A stretch of DNA of 64,000 bases from Gracilinanus agilis (lineage: Eukaryota), in contig NC_058135.1 in the NCBI RefSeq assembly GCF_016433145.1, positions 280,144,930 to 280,208,929 on the forward strand, in the 5' to 3' direction. Below are positions 56,279 to 64,000 of this stretch, one piece after another; the stretch's first letter is position 1, and each line of letters starts with the position of its first letter. The notes under the pieces were generated by a model, which was given only the letters and a program-made list of their open reading frames with translations, ran no database searches and was not told where the DNA came from. Position numbers and translations under genes: made by a program.

Positions 56279-58408
56279 TCATGCCAGACTGATTTGGGGC
56301 TCCTCCATAGTCATTCCTTGATCTGAACCCGAATATCTTACTGGCAATCCCAGATATTTCCTCTTGTTGTAGTATCTGATAATCCAGACAATCACCCCAG
56401 CAACAATCACCAGCGAAGTCACTAGGGTCATCCAGATTCCAGCAACAGCCCACATACTGGGTCCTGAATACTCAAAGTCCCCAAAGTCCAAGGCCTCTTG
56501 ACTGGCTCTGCCAAGGCTCGACCTCCTCGAGACCTTGTTGGCATCTGAATCCTCCAGGGAGCTTTCATTTAGCAGAGGCGGTCGGAGAAAGGGAGGCAGA
56601 TGAATGGGGGCCAGCTGTTGGGCAAATAGAGATCCTGCCTGGAGGCAATAGAGGATCTGGCACCCTTCACTGAGATAGGCTTGGTGCTGGCTGTAGCCAG
56701 GGGGGCATTTCATGGGGTACACCGTGGTGCTGGCCTGATAAAAGATCTCCTTCAGCATCCCGGGGCTCTGCCCCTTCAGGAGGCCAGCCAGAGGGTTGCC
56801 CACACGGCAGCTGAAGAAGCCTCCAAAGGGAATGGCAGAGGTTTTGCCCAGCTCATAGTTGCTGCTGACACATACTTTGAGGTCTACAAAGAGCACCAGG
56901 GGGTAGAAGTAGGTGGGGCACGTCTGCGCTTTCGTAAGCGGGTTCTTCTGAGTATTGGTGTACAGTCCCCCAAAGAGGAAGCCGGGCTTGGAGAGCTCGG
57001 GGCTCTTGGTGGGAGCGCACCAGTAGGCGGACACGCTCACCACGCTGGGGTGGAAGTAATCGCCGCAGATGTGCTTGCAGCACTGGAAGAGCCAGTAGCA
57101 GGAGTTGCACTGCTTCCGACACTCCATCTTGGGCACGTTGCTGCTCCGCAGCTCGCTGGCCAAGAGCACCTCGGTGTAGTTGGAGGGGCAAGAGGCGATC
57201 CCGGTCAAGGGGTTCTGGATACGGAAGGATCGGCAGAACGTCTCGGCACCCTTCCCAGACACTGGCTGGCACCTCTGGAAGACGCCCCCGAAGGTGAAGC
57301 GATTCTTCGCTTTCTCGCACGAGCCGTCGTCCACGTTGGCCTGGAAGTTGAAGTTGGAGGCTTTGGGCTGCAAGCAGCCCGGGAAGGTGTTGACCGCGTA
57401 GTACTGGTGGATGGCGTTCTGCACCGTCAGAGCCAGGCGCCTCACGGAGGGCACCGGCAGCTCCGGCAGCGCCTCGGGCGTGATGAAGAAGGGCAGGGGC
57501 AGTCCTGACCTGCCGATGGCCACCAGCCTGTTGCGGATGCTCTGCTGCCATTTCTGGAGGGTGATGCCAGGGTAAAAGGGCTCCCCGCCGTGGTTCTGGA
57601 TCTTGGAGCTCACCGTGTTCTTCATGTACTCCCACTGCTGTTGGTTCTGGACCTGCCCGGTGATGTTGGCTCCCACCTGGATGCGGCTGAAGAAGATGGC
57701 CGACGCGGAAGCGGCGATGCCCACCTTCTTGACGGAGCTGTCCTCCAGGAAGGCACGCCTCACCTGGTCCTCCTGCATCAGGCTGGCCCCGGCCTCCACC
57801 TCGGTGAGGACGTGGGTGCCGTAGGCCAGCACCAAGAGCTCGGCCCGGTAGTTGGCCTGCTGGCTGCGGTTGTTCTCCAGGTGCTCGCTGATGTCCAGCA
57901 GCTGCTGCCGGAAGGCTTCCTCCAAGACCCAGGGCGGCTGCGCGGCCAGCGAGTAGATGTGCTGGCGGGCCTGCACGCGGGCGGTGACCGTCTCGTCGTA
58001 CACGGAGTGCACCTTGCTCCGCTGGCAAGCGGCCGAGAATTTGCCGTTGAGGACGGACAGGAAGGAGGCCTCCGCGTTGATGGTGACGGCGAAGGCGTCG
58101 GTGTAGGAGCGCCAGTCCCGGATGATCTCCGAGTGGGTCTCCAGCACGCTCTCCCGGCGGGCCACCACGTGAGCCTGGTCCGGGATCAAGTACTCCCGGT
58201 CGTCCGTGACGCGGCACTGCGAGTAGTTGCGCCTCAAGACCGGCCCCAGCTCCAGGTTGCGAAGGTTGTCCCAGCCGCCTCCGGGCAGCACTCCGAGCAC
58301 CGGCAAGCTCGAGGCTGCTCCCTTGCAGGCCTGGAACCCGGAGATCCTGGAAGCCATGGCCGGCCTCAGCCCCAGCAGGATCAGCAGAGAGCCCAGGAGC
58401 AGGGCCAT
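56279..58408 (-). CDS. MPEG1/perforin-2-like MACPF pore-forming protein (divergent paralog), 709 aa, intronless
   Basis: Strong Kozak (ATCATGG) and a hydrophobic signal peptide. Family motifs: LPGGGWDNLRN, YGTH, GGEPFYPGITLQKWQQ, NFNFQANVDDGSC, FTFGGVFQ, FGGFFSC. A TM helix (56378-56455) precedes a short basic/Tyr tail. The family is certain; orthology to MPEG1 versus a paralog is not, so no symbol is given. Confidence 0.95.
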   Translation of the reverse strand: MALLLGSLLILLGLRPAMASRISGFQACKGAASSLPVLGVLPGGGWDNLRNLELGPVLRRNYSQCRVTDDREYLIPDQAHVVARRESVLETHSEIIRDWRSYTDAFAVTINAEASFLSVLNGKFSAACQRSKVHSVYDETVTARVQARQHIYSLAAQPPWVLEEAFRQQLLDISEHLENNRSQQANYRAELLVLAYGTHVLTEVEAGASLMQEDQVRRAFLEDSSVKKVGIAASASAIFFSRIQVGANITGQVQNQQQWEYMKNTVSSKIQNHGGEPFYPGITLQKWQQSIRNRLVAIGRSGLPLPFFITPEALPELPVPSVRRLALTVQNAIHQYYAVNTFPGCLQPKASNFNFQANVDDGSCEKAKNRFTFGGVFQRCQPVSGKGAETFCRSFRIQNPLTGIASCPSNYTEVLLASELRSSNVPKMECRKQCNSCYWLFQCCKHICGDYFHPSVVSVSAYWCAPTKSPELSKPGFLFGGLYTNTQKNPLTKAQTCPTYFYPLVLFVDLKVCVSSNYELGKTSAIPFGGFFSCRVGNPLAGLLKGQSPGMLKEIFYQASTTVYPMKCPPGYSQHQAYLSEGCQILYCLQAGSLFAQQLAPIHLPPFLRPPLLNESSLEDSDANKVSRRSSLGRASQEALDFGDFEYSGPSMWAVAGIWMTLVTSLVIVAGVIVWIIRYYNKRKYLGLPVRYSGSDQGMTMEEPQISLA

Positions 58409-58560
58409 GATGGTACCGGGCTGCCTCCCTACGAGCGCCCCGGGAGCCCGGACTAAGCCGTCCGGACTGAGTCTGCCTGGGGACTAGCGGGAGGCCCAGG
58501 CAAATATCTGGCCCCAGACTCCGCCCTCGCGATATCTTAGTCCATCCAGCCTGGGGCAAA
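57000..58560. other. CpG island over the 5' two-thirds of the MPEG1-like ORF and its proximal upstream
   Basis: Very dense CG dinucleotides by eye, in contrast to CpG-poor flanks. Not computed. Confidence 0.75.
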
Positions 58561-58597
58561 TTCAAGGCCACCCTCCCTCCGGACCCGTAAGAAAGGA

Positions 58598-58607
58598 GGG
58601 ATTTCCC
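58598..58607. promoter_or_regulatory. NF-kB consensus site upstream of the MPEG1-like ATG
   Basis: GGGATTTCCC matches GGGRNWYYCC, about 190 nt upstream of the start codon. Confidence 0.45.
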
Positions 58608-58889
58608 ATTCTCTGCCCAACCCCGGATTCCAATTGGAGACCAAAAGGCTCCACACTTTCCCTTTACAAAGGAGGAAACTGAGGCAAGGCCTAGGAGTAC
58701 GCCCAAGGGCACACACTGGGAGTGAATATTGAAAGCTAACGTTTCTCAAAGAATTGGACTGGAATCCTGGACCCAGAGCCAGGGCAGTGCATGGTGTGCC
58801 AGCCTCCCCGAGGCTCTTAAAAGAAGGGCATTACTCTGAGGGCCCTCCTAGCCATAAACAGAATCTAGCTTTCTCTCCCCCAGGGAAGA

Positions 58890-59345
58890 CACTTTTGTGG
58901 AGTCGTTTTACAGTCCTGTGAGACTCTCCATGACCCCATTTTGGGGTTTTCTTTTCTTTCTTTTTTTTTTTTTTAAATCCTCACCTTCCGTCTTGGAGTC
59001 AATACCGTGTGGTAAGGGCTAGGCAATGGGGGTCAAGCGACTTGCCCAGGGTCACACAGCTGGGAATTGTCTGAGGCCAGATTTGAACCTAGGACTTCCC
59101 ATTTCTGGGCCTGACTCTCCATCCACTGAGCTACCCAGCTGCCCCTTTGGGGTTTTCTTGACACAGATCCTGAATGGTTTCCTTCTCTAGCTCATTTTAC
59201 AGATGAGGAAACTGAGGCAAATGAGATAAAGAGACTTCCCAGAGTCACACCGCTGGTAAATTTCTGAGACTAGATAAGAACTTATGGAGATTTTTCCTCA
59301 TTCAAAGCCCTGTGCTCTATCCATTGGACCACCTAGCTGTCCCGA
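58890..59345 (-). mobile_element. CORE-SINE (MAR1-like) interrupted by a younger SINE1_Mdo-like copy (58950-59145)
   Basis: TTTGGGGTTTTCTT is duplicated on both sides of the inner SINE, and the outer element continues on each side. Confidence 0.85.
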
Positions 59346-60116
59346 GGAAGAAACTTGGAGTGGGCAAAAAAGGGGGACCCAGAGTGAGAGCTGGGACTGT
59401 AGGTTCACTCACAGAGTCAGAGAGAAGGTGGGGGGAGATGGAATATAAACGCTGGTCTTTTGTTTTGTTTTGTTTAACTTTTAAAGAAAACAGAAAAAGA
59501 ACCTGAGAACATTGTATTTTTCCTAAGTCAGGAAGGAGAGCAAAATGAAAGTTGGGCAAATGGTGTTACTAGTTGGGAGACCGCAAGGAGTCGCTAGAAT
59601 GGAATTCAACAGCTTCTCCTTTGGGTGGTCATAGTAATACCTGGGGGGTTGGTGGGAGAAGGAGAGCCAGAGACTCGAATGAGTTGTTTGAAAGCCAGGC
59701 TTGGGAGGCCAAGCTGGAGCTTTCTGGCTTAGGGAGTCTTAGAGAACTGTTTTCCAGGTCTGGGGGTCCCTCAGCAGAGTTTGGTGCCTAGAGAAGAAAT
59801 CTCCATAGGAGTCCTCAAATCCTATAGGAAGCACCCTCTAAGGAGAGCTGAGCTCCTCTGGGAGGCACTATCTATCTCCCTCCACCCACAGCTCTTTCCT
59901 TCTAGAAGACAGGAATTGCTTGGGATGGTCTTGTCCAGGACAGAGACTCTCAGGGAAGAAGAGAGCGTGAATGGGATTAGGAAGGGCCAGGTTTTGAAGC
60001 TCCCAGAGATGGTCAATGAAGAGTGAAACCAGAGACTTTGAAGATGGCTCTTGGAAGACATAAGCCAGCCTCCATTTCTCACTTTCTACCCTTTTGAAAG
60101 GACATCATGTGATCTC

Positions 60117-60430
60117 TTCAGCTGTGTGACTCTGGGCAAGTCATTTGACCCCCATTGCCCACCCTTACCACTCTTCCACCAAGGAGCCAATACACAATAT
60201 TGACTCCCAAGACAGAAGGTAAGGGTTTAAAAATAATAATAGGGGGCAGCTGGGTAGCTCAGTGGATTGAGAGTCAGGCCTAGAGATGGGAGGTCCTAGG
60301 TTCAAATCTGGCCTCAGACACTTCCCAGCTGTGTGACCCTGAGCAAGTCACTTGACCCCCATTGCCCACCCTTACCAATCTTCCACCTATGAGACAATAC
60401 ACAGAAGTTAAAGGTTTAAAAAAAAAACAA
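60117..60430 (+). mobile_element. Head-to-tail SINE pair: 5'-truncated long-tail copy (60117-60235) and full short-tail copy (60243-60430)
   Basis: TSD AAAAATAATAATA at 60229-60241 and 60431-60443. Confidence 0.9.
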
Positions 60431-60437
60431 AAAAATA

Positions 60438-60473
60438 ATAATAATATATAATATATAATATATAATATATAAT
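60438..60473. repeat. AT-rich heptamer microsatellite (ATAATAT)n at a SINE tail
   Basis: ataataatatataatatataatatataatatataat. Confidence 0.8.
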
Positions 60474-60818
60474 TGGGCAATGTAGGAAATTTCTATCCAG
60501 GACAAGAAATATAGTGTAAATCTTTTGGAATGTACCACGTTGCAACTTTGGTAAGCTAGAAGAGAGCACGGGCACTATTTGGGGCTCCCTGACCTTTTTG
60601 GGCTGGAACACTGCAAAGTCACTTTCAGACCTCCATCATCATTTCATAATCTTGACGTTCCAAAGTAATTATAAACATCACAAAAGTCATTAGAAACTCA
60701 TTAACCCTTGACATCTCACAATATGTACACCTCAGTATGATCTGCTAACTTTAAATCACCATAAACGTTAGCTAAACATTTCATTTGCCTCGTGAACCTC
60801 AGTGAAAAAACTAGCAAC

Positions 60819-61025
60819 GGGGGCAGCTGGGTAGCTCAGTGGATTGAGAGTCAGGCCTAGAGACGGGAGGTCCTAGGTTCAAATCCGGCCTCAGACACTT
60901 CCCAGCTGTGTGACCCTGGGCAAGTCACTTGACCCCCATTGCCTACCCTTACCACTCTTCCACCTATAAGTCAATACACAGAAATTAAGGGTTTAAAATT
61001 AAAAAAAAATTAAAAAAAAAAAAAA
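60819..61025 (+). mobile_element. SINE1_Mdo-like SINE, short tail, young
   Basis: CpGs retained; TSD AAAAAACTAG at 60805-60814 and 61020-61029. Confidence 0.92.
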
Positions 61026-61589
61026 CTAGTAAGCTAGGAATCAAGAGATCTGAGTTCTAGTCCTCCCATGGACCTTTGGTGTGATATTTTAAAAATTGTT
61101 TTTTAATCAACAAAAATTCATCTCTAACCCCCTACTGAGAAAGAAAAAACCCATTGAAAAATACGTTCAGACCAAAATGTATAGCCAAGCAAAACAAATT
61201 CCAGTATTGGCCATGATAAACAAAAGTCTCAGTTCACTCTCTGGGCCCATTAGGGCAAAGTTACTACTTTCACTTCATCACATGGGCTCTAAGGTCACTT
61301 TCAACTCTCTGTCCTTTCGGCATTGACCAATGATAATGGAATTTAGCCAATTTTTTTCCAATCTACCATGTTTTAAAAATATTTTATTATTTCCCTTCAG
61401 TTACATGAAAAAAATTTTTTATCTTTATTTCTTTTTTAAGTTTGAGCCAAATTCTTATCCTCTGTCTGTCCTTCCTCTCTAACCTCCTCCCTCCCAGTAT
61501 CCCTCCCAGAGAAGGCAAGCAACTGGATAGAGATTGTACATGTGTGAGAGTGGAAAACATCTTTCCATATTAGTTACTTTATTTATTTT

Positions 61590-61792
61590 TTTAAATAAAA
61601 CCCTCACCTTCCATCTTGAAGTAAAAAATACTGTGTATTGGCTCCAAGGCAGAAGAGTGGTAAGGGAAGGTAATGGGGCCCAAGTGACTTGCCCAGGGTC
61701 ACACAGCTGGGAAGTGTCTGAGGTCAGATTTGAACCCAGGACCTCCTATCTCTAGGCCTGACTCTCCATCCACTGAGCTACCCAGCTGCACC
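61590..61792 (-). mobile_element. SINE1_Mdo-like SINE
   Basis: Full-length reverse complement. Confidence 0.88.
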
Positions 61793-62289
61793 CCCCCCCC
61801 CCCATATTAGTTATTTAATGAAAAAGAATGCAAACAAAAGAAAAGTGAAGAAATAAAGTGAAATGTAATCTATCTTGGTCTGTATTCAGACTCCATCAGA
61901 TGAGTGTTTTCCTTATGATTTTCTTTTAAAGGGCATTCATTGAAGAAGGAATCAAAGACTGATAGTGGGAATGCTGATAAGGAACAATAGGGGAGCTCCG
62001 CCTCAAATGGAAAAAAGAGTTGAAAATTCAGGATAAGGTGAGGAGATTCTAAGAGAGCTCCTAGCTGTCTTTCCTGTTCTGAGTTCAAGAACTGAAAGAG
62101 TTCATAGCTAACTTTAGAAAACTTGTAGAGAGCCTAAAAGCTGGTATGAGATGGAAGAGCAAATATCTTCGTAATGAAAACAAAAATAGTGCTAGTGGAG
62201 TGGGGCCGCGATGGTGATGACCAGGGAGGGAGAATAGAGTGTTCCAGCACCCAATTCCTGTAAACACAATATTCAATCAATATCTGTGA

Positions 62290-62500
62290 TTGCCTAAAAA
62301 AAGCCATTGGTGATGGTTAAGAGCCAACTTGACTTTTTGTCAAGAACAGATCAAAATTAACCCCATTTTTTTTTTCTGAAGTGTGACTAGATGGACAGAT
62401 CAGGAGAATAATGGAGTTCAAGTTTACTTGGATTTTAGAGAAATGTTTGATTAGGTCTTCCAGTCTCTTCTTGTGAATAAGATGGTGAAATCTGGGCTAT
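62290..62500 (+). mobile_element. L3/CR1 reverse-transcriptase fragment
   Basis: Translates VQVYLDFREMFD*VFQSLLVNKMVKSG, similar to the CR1 motif VYLDFSKAFDKVSHxxLVxKM. Confidence 0.7.
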
Positions 62501-62596
62501 ACTAAAGTCTAGTTAACTAAATTTTTAAGTGAAAAGAAGAGAAGGGAGGTGCATTTTCTCTTCTCTTTGGAGCCAAGATGGACAATCATAATCACT

Positions 62597-63206
62597 GGGG
62601 GCAGCTGAGTGGTTCTGTGGATGGAGAGCCAGGCCCAGAGATGGGAGGTCCTGGGTTCAAATCTGGCCTCAGACACTTCCCAGCTGTGTGACCCTGGGCA
62701 AGTCACTTGACCCCCATTGCCTAGCCCTTACCACTCTTTTGCCTTGGAGTCAACACACAGTATTGACTCCAAGACAGAAGGTAAGGATTTAAAAAAAAAA
62801 AAAGTGTTGGAAGTGGGAGCAGTTGGGTAGTTCAGTGGATTGAGAGCCAGGCCCAGAGATGGGAGGTCCTGGGTTCAAATTTGACCTCAACAACTTCCTA
62901 GCTGTGGTACCCTGGGCAAGTCACTTGACCCCATTGCTGAGACCTTACTGCTCTTCTGCCTTAGAACCAATACAATACTAAGATGGAAGGTAAGGGTTTA
63001 AAAAAAAAAGTGTCAGGGGCAGCTGGGTAGCTCAGTGGAGTGAGAGTCAGGCCTAGAGACGGGAGGTCCTGGGTTCAAATGTGGCCTCAGACACTTCCCA
63101 GCTGTGTGAACCTGGGCAAGTCATTTGACCCCCATTGCCCACCCTTACCACTCTTCCACCTATGAGACAATACACCGAAGTACAAGGGTTTAAAAAAAAA
63201 AGTGTC
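62597..63206 (+). mobile_element. Tandem trimer of SINE1_Mdo-like copies (62597-62803, 62815-63009, 63016-63201)
   Basis: Three full heads and tails, each tail followed by AAAAGTGT. TSD AAAAAAAAAGTGTC flanks the third copy. Confidence 0.92.
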
Positions 63207-64000
63207 CCATCTGTAGAGTCAGAGGACCTGCATCTGAATGCCAGTCTAGCAACCTTTGTGACCCTGGACAAGTCATTATACTTTTCTGGGCATCAGCTTT
63301 TCTCAGCTATAAAAAGACAATATTGGATGATCTTGAAATTTTATGATCCTGCAGTCCTCTTGTTCTCTGCCCTGATCAGACCACAGAGAATCAGAACTCT
63401 TAATGGTCATCAAGTCCAGCCATTCCGTTTTGACAAATGGAGAACCTGAGCACAGAGAAGGTGGAATTTGCCCAATCTCAATGTCAGAGACATCTGGTCT
63501 CTTGTTTCCAGTTTTGCCTTCCATCCTTTAGAAAGGACACTGAGAAGCTGGAGAGCTCCTGGAGGGGTGGCCAGATAGTGATGAGCCTGGCAAGATAATG
63601 TGCATGAAGAAAAGAGTTTCCCCAAGTGTGGAGTGCTTAGAAGACTCCAGCCTCAGCTTTCCTCCTTGAAGCCTTTATGACTTGACTGGGGATTAACCCT
63701 TTCCTGAATAGGTTAGATTAGTTTATCTCTCTCTGCCTTCCTGCTCTAACTGATCCTGGGAATTTCTGGCTAGGAAATGTCACTCTACAGTGGGAATGTA
63801 CTTTCTATTTGAACTTCAAATCACAAGGCTCTCTGGCTCTGATGGTAGAAACCCATACAGTGGTCCTCTGTTCAGAGAGATGAATCAAGTCCCTAGAACC
63901 CTAGACCCTCCACACTGAAGGAAGAAGAGCAATTCCAGTCTAAAGCAGGAAGCTCCTATACTGTAAAAGAGCATTCCATTAATTAGAGGACAGCTACAAG

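Noticed and set aside
56681-58456. 275-aa and 288-aa antisense ORFs
   Set aside because: Shadow ORFs of a GC-rich coding strand, with no recognisable domain.
56853-58712. 619-aa ORF overlapping the MPEG1-like gene on the same strand in another frame
   Set aside because: It starts at GTG and is low-complexity (G/P/R/A-rich). In this frame a stop needs T at the main frame's third position, which is rare at such high GC3. The ORF ends where the GC-rich zone ends.
60819-60900. tRNA genes (A/B-box-like GGTAGCTCAGTGG and GGTTCAAATCC)
   Set aside because: These are tRNA-derived SINE heads continuing into CORE and tail sequence, not cloverleaf genes.
1-64000. CRISPR arrays, operons or other prokaryotic systems
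   Set aside because: The sequence is spliced mammalian DNA. The recurring repeats are dispersed SINEs with poly-A tails and TSDs, not regularly spaced repeat-spacer units.

Overview
Eukaryotic (mammalian) genomic DNA. The abundant SINE family (GGGGCAGCTGGGTAGCTCAGTGGATTGAGAG...AAGGTAAGGGTTTAAAA) looks like SINE1_Mdo, so the source is inferred to be a didelphid marsupial, probably the opossum Monodelphis. The window starts inside ZFP91 intron 1 and holds coding exons 2-11 of ZFP91 (+, 490-32607) and the two-exon CNTF gene (+, 37304-39308). After these come a ~4 kb GC/CpG-rich island with promoter motifs but no recognisable coding gene (about 43400-47500) and an intact, intronless 709-aa MPEG1/perforin-2-family gene (-, 56279-58408). 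The rest is mostly SINE, L1, L2, L3/CR1, LTR and hAT remnants. The strongest lead is the MPEG1-family gene. It is very divergent from human MPEG1 as I recall that sequence and looks like a second paralog. It has a six-cysteine membrane-binding hairpin, a rewritten juxtamembrane linker, a probable unpaired Cys in TMH1 and a CpG island over its 5' body, with nearby NF-kB and tandem ETS-IRF motifs. Other leads are an inverted LTR pair bracketing a frame-closed block of ZFP91 exons 3-9, a possible in-frame ZFP91-CNTF splice, a candidate poison exon and the orphan promoter. Comparisons with human proteins are from memory and no database search was run. Repeat boundaries are approximate.
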